Assembly: GCA_963741205.1 (NCBI GenBank)
Contig: CAVUHW010000038.1
Span: 1-35,240, forward strand
Direction: 5' to 3'
Length of the DNA stretch: 35,240 bases
From: Nitrospirota bacterium
GTDB taxonomy: Bacteria; Nitrospirota; UBA9217
Position 1 is the stretch's first letter. The number at the start of each line of letters is the position of its first letter. The position numbers and the translations under genes are program-made. A model generated the notes under the pieces. The model was given only the letters and a program-made list of their open reading frames with translations. It ran no database searches and was not told the origin of the DNA. This document shows, one piece after another, positions 11,858-21,813 of this stretch.

Positions 11858-12260
11858 GCCCTCGATAGCGTAATATCTCATAAATCCCCTTTCCTCTCGG
11901 CGTCGTTCCGGATTGTTTGGTGCCCAGGAATGTCCGGTGGTGCAACGGCGCGTCTCCGAAAACCGTCGCGGCCTCGACTGCACAGTCGCTTGAGCCTGCG
12001 GGCACTGTCGACCGGGCGTACTTATCGACAGTAGAACGAGCATAATGAGGACTTCTATTGAAAAAAGACTCGAAAATAGGCAGAGACGAATAACGTCGAG
12101 ATAAGAAGTCGGCTGCGGTTGTCGTTCAATATGCCGATCAGACCATAAAATGCAGCAAGAAACAAAAGAGTGCTATAATAATTTTAATTCCTCTGAAAAA
12201 TTACAAGACCGCAAGATGGGGGACAGCAACTAGAACTGCTGAAGCATCCGGAGACCATCC

Positions 12261-13025
12261 ATGGTAACAAAAGGACCCGCGAAAAAACTGATTATTTATA
12301 TGGACGAGAGGGACATGCATAACGGAAAGCCCGTTTATGAAGTGTTGCTCGATATTTTTTTCGAAAAGAAGGTCATGGGCGCGAGCGTTTTCCGGGGCAT
12401 CACGGGATACGGCAGCGACGGCGTATTTCATCCAACCAGGGTACTTGAGCTGTCCGCTGGCATGCCGGTGAAGATCGAGGTCGTTGAGTCAACGGAGATG
12501 ATCAACAGGATTCTTCCCGATGTCTATCGGGTTGTTGAGAAGGGCATAGTGGAAGTGACAGACACGAGCGTCGTCAAGTGCTGCCCCGATGCGGACGATA
12601 AGCGAAAAGAAAAAGGAGGACATATGAAGCTCGAAGGCAAGGCCAAGATGCTCCGGATCATCATTAGTGAAGATGATAAATGGGGGGGTGAGCCTCTGTA
12701 CCAGGCCATCGTGAAACGGCTTATCACGACCGACATCGCGGGCGCAACCGTCTACAGGGCGATTGCGGGCTACGGCCCTCACCGCCGCTATCGCCAGAAG
12801 AAGACCCTTACCGTGCATGGAGATCTGCCCATCTTAATCACGATCATGGATACGGAAGAGCACATCAAGAAAGTAATCCCGATACTTGATGACATGGTCG
12901 GCGAAGGCATCGTCGTAGTTTCCGACGTGAATGTGATCAAGTATACCCACCGAGACGCTTCGGCAGGCCTGGAGTCGGCGCTGGAATCTTTCAGCGAGGT
13001 AAAAGGCAATGGGGTTTTCCGATAA
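12261..13025 (+). CDS. Tandem DUF190 (PII-like) domain protein
   Basis: Two homologous halves: KLIIYMDERD..GASVFRGITGYG..MPVKIEVVES and MLRIIISEDD..GATVYRAIAGYG..DLPILITIMD. Confidence 0.85.
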   Translation: MVTKGPAKKLIIYMDERDMHNGKPVYEVLLDIFFEKKVMGASVFRGITGYGSDGVFHPTRVLELSAGMPVKIEVVESTEMINRILPDVYRVVEKGIVEVTDTSVVKCCPDADDKRKEKGGHMKLEGKAKMLRIIISEDDKWGGEPLYQAIVKRLITTDIAGATVYRAIAGYGPHRRYRQKKTLTVHGDLPILITIMDTEEHIKKVIPILDDMVGEGIVVVSDVNVIKYTHRDASAGLESALESFSEVKGNGVFR

Positions 13026-13133
13026 CTCCGTTTGAACAGGCGTCGGACCGGCCGGCAGGTATCCGCGGATGCTGGCTACTGATGATGTGCTCGAATGGAT
13101 GAAGCCGCTTCTGATGAAGTGAATGACTCCTCC
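13005..13133 (+). ncRNA. Candidate fluoride (crcB) riboswitch with long P2 insertion
   Basis: 5' GGCAATGGGGTTTTCC (consensus GGCGATGGAGTTCGCC), a 73-nt hairpin at 13027-13099, then aagcc-GCTTC tgat GAAGT-gAATGACTCCT (consensus AACC-GC..GC-TAATGACTCCTAC). The 3' end overlaps a terminator. Confidence 0.55.
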
Positions 13134-13163
13134 TCTCGAAAACACGGGAGCAGGAGTTTTTTT
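13126..13163 (+). terminator. Rho-independent terminator overlapping the riboswitch 3' strand
   Basis: actcctcctctcg-aaaaca-cgggagcaggagt followed by a T-tract. Confidence 0.8.
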
Positions 13164-13304
13164 GTTTCTTCACAACGGAGGACGACAAAGCGAGCCGTGC
13201 AGCGAATCGGTGGTGTCGCTGGGACAGGAACTCAATTGATCGCTCAAATGCCGCCCCAATGCAGTTTTCCGTAATTCTCCTCCCTGACGCCCCGGGTATT
13301 TTTC

Positions 13305-13333
13305 TTGCCAAAAAAAACTATCTTTGCTAAAGT
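13305..13333 (+). promoter_or_regulatory. Putative sigma70 promoter of the TauE-RidA genes
   Basis: TTGCCA-17 bp-(TGC)TAAAGT. Confidence 0.45.
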
Positions 13334-13386
13334 ATGTTCCGTCTTTCGTAACTCAACCGATGACCTTGCCGGGGGACCAGAGCTCC

Positions 13387-14358
13387 ATGGACTTCCTGAA
13401 CATGACGTTTCCCATATCGGGAGTGACCGCCAACGTTCTTCTTCCGCCGTTCGTTGCAATGGCGATATCCTTCTTCTGTTCCATGGGCGGAATTTCCGGC
13501 GCATTCCTTCTTCTCCCGTTTCAGATGAGCGTTCTCAATTATACGGCCCCGTCCGTGAGCGGAACGAACCATGTGTTCAATATCGTCGCAATTCCGAGCG
13601 GCGTCTACCGCTACATAAAAGAAGGCAGGATGGCCTGGCCGCTCACCTGGGTCGTCATTGCCGGCACGCTGCCGGGCGTTTTCATCGGGTATTATCTTCG
13701 CGTCCTGTATCTTCCCGACCCGAAGGTTTTCAAACTGTTTGTGGGCTGTGTACTGTTGTACATCGGCATACGACTCTTCAAGGACCTGATCGGCGGGAAG
13801 AAGACGCAATCGGCGAGCGCGAAAGCTTTCGAAGAAAAATTCAAAGCAATGTCGGAGGAGCGCAAGAAACAGCAGGGTGGGCGCATTGCTGCGGGCCTTC
13901 CGTCTGAAGCAGTCGTGAAGACCATAAGCGTCTCGTTAAGGAAAGTGGAATACGAATTCTGGGGTGAACGGTTTGCCTTTCACACCATAGGCATGTTCAG
14001 TCTGGCTTTTGTCGTCGGCATCATCGGTGGCGCATACGGGATAGGCGGCGGCGCGATCATTGCCCCTTTCTGTGTTGCCTTTTTCCAGTTACCGATCTAT
14101 ACCATCGCGGGCGCCACCTTGATGGGAACGTTCATAACCTCGGTTGCGGGCGCCCTGTTTTTCAGCGTCATTCCCGCTACGAACGGAATATCCCCTATGC
14201 CTGATTGGCCGCTTGGCATTCTTTTCGGTTTGGGCGGGTTTATCGGCATGTATCTTGGCGCTAAGACCCAGAAATACGTGCCGCAGAAGTTCATCAAGAT
14301 CATCGTGGGCGCTGCCATCATGTTTCTCGCGGTAAAATATATCGTTCAATTCATGTAG
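13387..14358 (+). CDS. Sulfite exporter TauE/SafE (TSUP, DUF81) family membrane protein
   Basis: SMGGISGAFLLLPFQ..PSVSGTN, a second repeat VGIIGGAYGIGGGAIIAP, GMYLGAK, and many TM helices. Confidence 0.9.
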   Translation: MDFLNMTFPISGVTANVLLPPFVAMAISFFCSMGGISGAFLLLPFQMSVLNYTAPSVSGTNHVFNIVAIPSGVYRYIKEGRMAWPLTWVVIAGTLPGVFIGYYLRVLYLPDPKVFKLFVGCVLLYIGIRLFKDLIGGKKTQSASAKAFEEKFKAMSEERKKQQGGRIAAGLPSEAVVKTISVSLRKVEYEFWGERFAFHTIGMFSLAFVVGIIGGAYGIGGGAIIAPFCVAFFQLPIYTIAGATLMGTFITSVAGALFFSVIPATNGISPMPDWPLGILFGLGGFIGMYLGAKTQKYVPQKFIKIIVGAAIMFLAVKYIVQFM

Positions 14359-14430
14359 CAGTCCGCCATGGAAAGAAATCTTGTCAGAACGTTTTGTCGA
14401 CGGAAGCTCCGTCGGTAAAGATGAGGGCCT

Positions 14431-14838
14431 ATGATTACTCGCAGCAATCCAGACGTCGGATACATGGCCGACGATGTGTTCAGGACGTTCGCCTTTACCC
14501 AGACGATCAAGGCAGGCAATACCTTGTACCTGTCGGGCGTCGCGCCGCTCCGGGGAGACCTCAAGAAGCTTGAGGTGGTGGGAGAGGGAGACTTGAGGGC
14601 CCAGGTCGAGTGGACCCTGAAAATCATGAGGCGCTGTCTGGCGGTGGAAGGCGCGACTTTCCGGAACCTGGTTGCACAGACGGTCTACACGACGAATATT
14701 GCGGAGCTCGGCAACCTGGGCGACCTGTTTCGGAGCGTATACGGAGACTATGCGCCGACGAGCACGTGGGTGGAGGTCAAGGGACTCTTTCATCCCCTGC
14801 AGATGGTCGAGATCAACGGCATCGCAGTGCTGGAGTGA
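14431..14838 (+). CDS. RidA/YjgF/UK114 family protein
   Basis: AGNTLYLSG, QVEWTLKIM, PTSTWVEVKGLFHPLQMVEINGIA. The catalytic Arg position appears to be Ser/Thr (PTST rather than PAR). Confidence 0.85.
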   Translation: MITRSNPDVGYMADDVFRTFAFTQTIKAGNTLYLSGVAPLRGDLKKLEVVGEGDLRAQVEWTLKIMRRCLAVEGATFRNLVAQTVYTTNIAELGNLGDLFRSVYGDYAPTSTWVEVKGLFHPLQMVEINGIAVLE

Positions 14839-14880
14839 ACGGCGCAGACTCCGAGTCCTCGCTGAGAATTCCTGGTATCC

Positions 14881-16279
14881 TTAGCGATCTTGCGGACTTG
14901 ATCGTTCTTGATCCTGATCATCCGATGGACGAGGCAGATTCGACTTGATGAGAGGGGCCTTGCCCGTGGCGCTCCGGGGAATGGCCGGTACGTGCAACAC
15001 CTTGATGGGCGGTACGACCGCCCCTTCCGCCGCCAGGGCCTGGCGCAGTTCTCCCGCGAGCCCTTCGTCCGAGAAACCCTCTGGTGTTCCGCTTAACAGG
15101 ATGTTCAATCCGTCCGCTTCCTGCACCACCTGCCACTCGCCCGCAGGCAACCTGTCCATCACCTGATCGAAGACGACCGGATTGATCGGGACTTCACCGC
15201 CGGCAGCAGCGGGAAGATGGAGAATATCTTCCCGCCGCCCCTGGATTCCGTCGATGAGGGCGAAGGGCCGTCCGCAGGGACATTCCCTGCTTACACGGCG
15301 CACGCTGTCGGAGAGCTCATAGCGGATCAGGGGCTGCGTGCGGCCGAAGAGCACGGTAATGAGAAGCTTTTCACCGTAGACCCCGGGCGGCACGGGGCGG
15401 TTGTCCCGATCCACGACCTCGGGGATGACAAGGTCTTCCAAAAGATGATCCCCCGTGTGATGGTCGCACTCCGCGGCGAGCGTGCCGCACTCCGTGGCCC
15501 CGTAGATATCGAACAGCTTCCCTTCGCCCCATGCCTCCCCGATGCGTCGGCGAGTTTCTTCGGTGAGCACCTCGGCGCCGGTAAAAAGATAGCGCGGCTC
15601 GATCCGGAGACGGCCGGTGAGCTGTTCGTTTGCAAGGGACCGCAATACGGATGGATAGGCCCCGAGGATCTGGGGCTGCCAGGAATTAAGACGAAGGGCC
15701 ATGGTCTCAAGGGGGTCGCTTGCAGAGAGGCGAAGGGTCGGCTGCCACCATGCCTTGAGCGTTTCTCCTCCGCGCCTGGACATGTGCCACGGTGTCGGTG
15801 AAACGACAGTGGCTACTTTTATTCGGGAGGGCAGGCTCAGCGGACCTGCCAGCCAGTGGTACGAGCGGAGGAACGACGCAAGGATCGTGACCCACTCGGA
15901 CCTGTCAAAGAGAAAAAGTCCACGGCGGCCCGTGCTCCCGCTTGTGGCGTTAACCCAATACCGGCCGAGAAAACGCTCGTCCCCGCGTAGGGTCGTCCAG
16001 ATGCCGTTCCACGCCCCTGAGACGGATAGCGCGATCGGTCACCAGTTCGTCGAAGTTCTCCATCACCATCGCCTTTGTCAGTACCGGGAGTTCATGGAGC
16101 GGGCGGCCTTCGAGACCCCGGTGAAACCGTTGGTAAAAGGGGGAGCGTTCGTAGACGAAGCTGCGCAACCGCTGCAATGCTTCCGCCTGGTACGTTTCAA
16201 GCTGCTGACGCGTCCACCGGTCGCGCCGGCGCAGTTCCCGGAGTTTCGACAGCAGGGATATCAGGATGATGAGATTCAC
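14881..16279 (-). CDS. Phenylacetate-CoA ligase (PaaK)-like adenylate-forming enzyme (frameshifted)
   Basis: SPFYQR..LPVLTKAMVMENFD, ATSGSTGRRG on reconstruction, LGAYPS, FTGAEVL, FDIYGATECG, QPLIRYELSD, IQGRRED. GTG start with GGAAGGGG RBS. Confidence 0.85.
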
Positions 16280-16321
16280 GTTCCCCTTCCCTCGAACCCT
16301 TCACAAATATAATCTGACCTA

Positions 16322-16350
16322 AGTATAGTTCACGGTCTTCTCTTGGTCAA
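16322..16350 (-). promoter_or_regulatory. Sigma70 promoter of the PaaK-like gene
   Basis: Minus strand TTGACC-17 bp-TATACT. Confidence 0.65.
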
Positions 16351-16368
16351 TTTTCCCGCAAAATCTCC

Positions 16369-16434
16369 TTTATGAAATCTTAATGCTTTCCTCCTTCTTT
16401 TTAACGGCAATTTAATGATCGTTTGTGTTATAAG
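16369..16434 (+). promoter_or_regulatory. Putative KdpE-binding direct repeats and -10 box of the kdp operon
   Basis: TTTATG/TTAATG/TTAACG/TTAATG at 16369, 16380, 16401 and 16412 (11-bp phasing typical of OmpR-family sites), then tgtgtTATAAG. Confidence 0.65.
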
Positions 16435-16459
16435 TTTTTCAGAAAGAAGGAGGCGACCC

Positions 16460-16540
16460 ATGGACATCGTGTATATCGGCATCATTGCCGCATTGTTCGC
16501 GGTCAGCTGGCTTTTCGTGAAACTTGTTGAGCGAGTCTAG
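16460..16540 (+). CDS. Small single-TM peptide preceding kdpF (26 aa, accessory Kdp subunit-like)
   Basis: AGGAGG RBS; MDIVYIGIIAALFAVSWLFVKLVERV*. Confidence 0.75.
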   Translation: MDIVYIGIIAALFAVSWLFVKLVERV

Positions 16541-16554
16541 GAAGGAGAAAGGGA

Positions 16555-16647
16555 ATGGAACTGTTTTACTGGATTGGCGGCATTCTCGCCGCAGGGTTGT
16601 TGGTGTATCTCTTGATAGCACTTCTTAAACCGGAGGCATTGTCATGA
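16555..16647 (+). CDS. kdpF: K+-transporting ATPase subunit F
   Basis: [30 protein letters not shown] carries the YLxxAL(L/I)xPE signature. ATGA overlap with kdpA. Confidence 0.9.
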   Translation: MELFYWIGGILAAGLLVYLLIALLKPEALS

Positions 16648-18519
16648 CTGGCAACGATATTCTGCAATTAGTTTTATATTTTGGCGTTTTGCTGCTCCTC
16701 GCAAAACCGCTCGGGGTCTACATGGCGCGGGTTTACGAAGGGCAGCCTTCGGGCCTGGACCGCGTGCTCGGGCCTGTTGAACGTCTTTTCTACCGGATTT
16801 GCGGCATCAAGCCTGACGAGGAAATGAGCTGGAAGAAGTATGCCGGCGCTGTGCTTCTCTTCAGCGCAGCGGGATTGTTCTTCCTCTATCTCCTGCAGCG
16901 CTTGCAGGGGTGGCTGCCCCTGAACCCGCAGAAGTTCCCGGCAGTCTCCCCTGATTCTTCCTTTAATACGGCTGTAAGCTTTATCACGAACACCAACTGG
17001 CAGGGGTACGGCGGCGAAACAACGATGAGCTACCTCACCCAGATGGTCGGGCTTGGGGTGCAGAATTTCGTGTCAGCCGCAGCAGGCATGGCCGTGCTCG
17101 TTGCCCTGATCCGCGGGTTCGCCAGGCACTCGGCGGAGACCATCGGCAACTTCTGGGTCGATCTCACCCGCTCCACGCTTTACATCCTGATGCCGCTTGC
17201 GCTGGTCTGTTCGCTGCTGCTCGTTTCCCAGGGAGTTGTGCAGACCTTCAGCGAATACAAGACCGTCTCGCTCACCCAGACCATCACCTACGATAACCCG
17301 AAGCTCGATGCCCAGGGCAACCCGATCAAGGATGAAAAGGGCAATCCCGTGACCGAGAAGGCGGAAATGAAGGAGCAGGTCATACCGCTCGGTCCGGCTG
17401 CTTCGCAGATCGCGATCAAGCAGCTCGGCACGAACGGCGGCGGGTTCTTCAACGTCAACTCAGCCCATCCCTTCGAGAACCCGACTGCGTTCTCCAATTT
17501 TCTGGAGGTGCTGGCGATCCTTCTGATACCGGCGGCGCTTTGTATCACCTTCGGCAAGATGGTCGGAGACATGCGCCAGGGATGGGCGCTGCTTTCCGCC
17601 ATGACGATCGTGCTCGTCACGCTGATGGCTTTATGTACCTGGAGCGAACAGGGCGGCAATCCGCGCTTCGCATCCATCGGCATTGATCAACAGGCAAGCG
17701 ATCTCCAGCCGGGCGGCAACATGGAAGGAAAGGAAGCGCGCTTCGGGATCGTGAATTCCGCGATCTGGGCCACGGCAACAACGGCGGCCTCGAACGGCTC
17801 GGTCAATTCCATGCACGACTCCTTCACGCCCATGGGCGGCCTCTACCCGCTGGTGCTGATACAGTTGGGAGAGGTGATCTTCGGAGGTGTGGGTTCCGGG
17901 CTCTACGGCATGCTGGTCATGGCCATTATTACGGTCTTCATAGCCGGCCTCATGGTCGGCCGCACGCCGGAGTATCTGGGCAAGAAGATCGAGATGTTCG
18001 AGATGAAGATGGCCTCGGTCGCGGTGCTGGTCGTGAATGCGCTGGTCAAGATCGGCACGGCAGTCGGCGTTGCGACTGCAGCGGGAGTCAGCGGGAGTCG
18101 CGAACCCCGGGCCGCACGGATTCTCCGAGATCCTCTACGCCTTTTCATCTGCAGCGAACAACAACGGCAGCGCCTTTGCGGGCCTCTCCGCCAACACGGT
18201 CTTCTATAACACGGCCCTCGGCATCGCCATGTTCATCGGCCGGTTCTGGGTGATCATCCCGGTGCTTGCCATTGCCGGTTCGCTCGCGAAGAAGAAGCAG
18301 GTCCCTGCCGGCTTGGGAACGCTGCCGACCCATACGCCCTTGTTCGTGGCGCTTTTGATCGGGGTCATCGTGATCGTCGGCGCGTTGACGTTCATGCCGG
18401 CCTGGGCCTTGGGGCCGATTGCGGAACAGTTGATGGCGCGAGATAATAGACACCCTCTCCGCCAGAGAGCAGGTTTGCAGGAAGGTGTGAGGATGTCATC
18501 ACGAACTCATCCCCACTAA
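16644..18519 (+). CDS. kdpA: K+-transporting ATPase subunit A (frameshift near 18090; true stop may be near 18450)
   Basis: [75 protein letters not shown]. Confidence 0.97.
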
Positions 18520-18558
18520 CTCCCTTGAAGGGGAGGAATGATTAATGCGGAGGAATAC

Positions 18559-20638
18559 ATGAGCAGTAAATCGAAAAAGCGGTCGCTCTTTGAACCGACG
18601 ATCGTAAAAAAAGCATTATGGGATTCGTTCAGAAAATTGAATCCCAGTACACCAGATCAAGAACCCGGTCATGTTCGTCGTGGAAGTCGGCAGTATCCTG
18701 ACGACGCTCCTGTTTTTCCACGCAATCCTGACGGGAAAAGGCGAAGCGTCCCCTTCCTTCATCCTGCAGATCTCCGTCTGGCTCTGGATAACCGTGCTCT
18801 TCGCCAATTTCGCGGAATCCATGGCAGAGGGCCGCGGCAAGGCCCAGGCCGAATCCCTTCGCCAGACACGGCGCGAGGTCATGGCCAAGCGGCTTGCGAA
18901 GCCGACGCCTGATGCGGAGGTCACGAAGATCGCCTCGTCACAGCTCAAAAAAGGCGATGTCGTTCTCGTGGAGGCGGGCGACATCATCCCCATGGACGGC
19001 GAGATCATCGAGGGCGTGGCCTCGGTCAATGAAAGCGCCGTGACCGGAGAAAGCGCGCCCGTGATCCGGGAAAGCGGCGGAGACCGGAGCGCGGTCACCG
19101 GCGGGACCACGGTCTTGTCCGACTGGCTCGTGGTCCGGATCACGACAAGTCCCGGCGAAACCTTCCTCGACCGCATGATCAGCCATGGTGGAAGGCGCGA
19201 AGCGCCAGAAGACGCCGAACGAGATCGCCCTCGATATTCTGCTCGCGGGCATGACGATCATCTTCCTGCTCGTGTGCGTGACCCTGCTTCCCTATTCCCT
19301 CTTCAGCGTCAAGGCAGCGGGCCAGGGCACGCCGGTCACCATCACCGTGCTCGTGGCGCTCCTGGTCTGCCTCATCCCGACCACGATCGGCGGCCTGCTC
19401 TCGGCCATCGGCATTGCGGGCATGGACCGGATGATCCAGGCGAATGTGATCGCCACGTCGGGACGGGCCGTGGAAGCGGCCGGAGACGTTGACGTGCTGC
19501 TGCTCGATAAAACCGGCACCATCACCCTCGGAAACCGGCAGGCCACGGAGTTTATTCCCGCGCCGGGAGTGCATGTAGGCGCGCTTGCCGACGCGGCGCA
19601 GCTCGCCTCATTAGCGGATGAAACGCCTGAAGGAAGAAGCATCGTCGTCCTTGCAAAGGAGAAATACGAGCCTCCGGGCGCGGGACATTCAAAGCATCGG
19701 CGCGGAGTTTGTCCCGTTCACTGCCCAGACCCGGATGAGCGGGGTAAACCTCGACAACCGGGAAATCCGCAAAGGCGCGGCAGATTCAGTTGAAAAGTAC
19801 GTCCAAAAAAAGGGCGGGACATTCCCTCCCGATGTTCGATCGATCGTGGACGATATTGCCAAACAGGGCGCAACGCCGCTCGTGGTTGCCGAGGGGAATA
19901 AAGTGCTCGGCGTCATCCGCTTGAACGACATCGTAAAGGGCGGGATCAAGGAACGGTTCGCCGAGATGCGTAAGATGGGCATCAAAACGATCATGATCAC
20001 CGGCGACAACCCGCTGACCGCCGCCGCGGTTGCCGCCGAGGCAGGGGTCGATGATTTTCTGGCAGAGGCAACGCCCGAGGCAAAACTCAAGCTGATCCGC
20101 GAATACCAGAAAGGCGGAAGGCTCGTGGCCATGACCGGCGACGGCACGAACGACGCGCCCGCGCTTGCCCAGGCGGACGTGGCCGTGGCCATGCACACCG
20201 GGACCCAGGCGGCAAAGGAAGCGGGCAACCTGGTGGACCTCGACTCGAACCCCACAAAGCTCATCCAGATCGTCGAGATCGGAAAGCAGCTCTTGATGAC
20301 CCGCGGCACGCTCACGACCTTCAGCATCGCGAACGACGTGGCGAAATATTTCGCCATTCTGCCGGCGGCGTTCCTTTCCATCTATCCGGCGCTCGGAGCG
20401 CTCAATATCATGGGCCTTGCAACACCGCAGAGCGCGGTGCTGTCCGCCGTGATCTTTAACGCGCTGATCATCATCTTCCTGGTCCCCCTGGCGCTTCGCG
20501 GCGTGAAATACCGTCCCCTCGGCGCGTCAGTGGTTTTACGAAACAACGCGCTGATTTACGGCGTCGGCGGGCTTGATCGTGCCGTTCATCGGCATCAAGC
20601 TGGTCGATATGCTCATAACGGCATTGCATATTGTGTAA
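18559..20638 (+). CDS. kdpB: K+-transporting ATPase subunit B (several frameshifts)
   Basis: [76 protein letters not shown]. Confidence 0.97.
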
Positions 20639-20652
20639 AAACGGAGGAATCA

Positions 20653-21225
20653 ATGTTCACCATGATTCGCAATTCGCTCATGTCCTTGTTGCTGTTCACA
20701 ATCCTCACAGGGATCATCTACCCCCTTGCAGTGACCGGGATCGCTCAAGTGGTATTTCCCACGACAGGCAAACGGCAGCATCATCACGAAGAACGGAAAG
20801 CCGTCGGGTCTGAGCTGCATCGGCCAGCAGTTCGATGATCCGAAATATTTCTGGGGCAGGCTCTCGGCAACGGGTCCCTATCCATACAATGGCGGCTTCG
20901 TCGACGGCTCCAATCTCGGCCCGAACAATCCTGACCTCATGAAGGCCGTGCAGGCGCGGATAGATGCTCTGCGTGCAGCCGATCCGGGGAATGATGCGAA
21001 GATACCCGTTGATCTGGTCACGGCCTCGGGCAGCGGTCTTGATCCCCATATCAGCCCGGCAGCGGCGGAATATCAGATACACCGGGTGGCAAAGGCCCGG
21101 GGACTCGATGATGCCAGGGTCCGCGACATCGTTGCCAGGAACACTGGGGACGCTGGCTCGGTGTGATCGGCGAGCCGGTGGTCAATGTTCTGAAGCTGAA
21201 CTTGGCACTTGATGAACAGAAGTAA
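20653..21225 (+). CDS. kdpC: K+-transporting ATPase subunit C (frameshifted)
   Basis: [65 protein letters not shown]. Confidence 0.95.
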
Positions 21226-21352
21226 CTGCGGAGAATGAACATGAAAAAGATTGGAAAGTTTCTTGCTGTTCTGCTTATCTCACATGATAACCTCCTGGTA
21301 TGAATCCAGTGCCCATTATCGTGACCAAGGCTTCGCAAAGACCGGAAAAAGC

Positions 21353-21381
21353 TTGACCTTCGTGGCTGAAAAGAGTATAAA
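21353..21381 (+). promoter_or_regulatory. Sigma70 promoter upstream of the mgtA leader
   Basis: TTGACC-17 bp-TATAAA. Confidence 0.6.
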
Positions 21382-21813
21382 ATTTAAGATTAACAGGCAG
21401 TGAAAGCTCCACAAAATGTGACCTTAAATGGAGGAATCTTGTATGTGTAGTAGCTCGGATGGCAGTCATAGTTGCCGTCGAATAATAAATCGCCGCAGTA
21501 GGGCTGCGATGACCCCGGCCCGATGCAGTATCGCAGGACGGCTCATGAAGTGACCGGTAGGTTGTCCACCCCGTTGTAACCCGCCAGTTCGCCTCTGATC
21601 AAGTTCGTCGTCCTGCTGCGACCAAGACAGAGGTGAACAATGAAAAGTCTTCTTTATGTATTTCAACTTCCTGAATTCCGCGAAGCCCGCAGTTCAGCAA
21701 AATTCAGAAATATTTCCAAAGCCGGCGGCCCTGCAACTACTCTCATCAGCGTCGAGAAACAGATTCTCTTCGTCGATGTCTCTTCATTTCAGCCAGGAGC
21801 GGACGGTCGCGCT

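Noticed and set aside
11860-12200. Spacer between glnA and DUF190 with small palindromes (cgactgcacagtcg; actgtcga..tcgacagt) as a mobile-element end or second riboswitch
   Set aside because: No terminal inverted repeat pair, target duplication, transposase or complete riboswitch consensus was found.
17290-17375. DxxGNP repeat insertion in KdpA
   Set aside because: Variable periplasmic loop commonly seen in KdpA proteins, so not novel.
18450-18540. Possible REP-like hairpin or small ORF between kdpA and kdpB
   Set aside because: Weak pairing, single copy, and the region is confounded by the uncertain kdpA stop.
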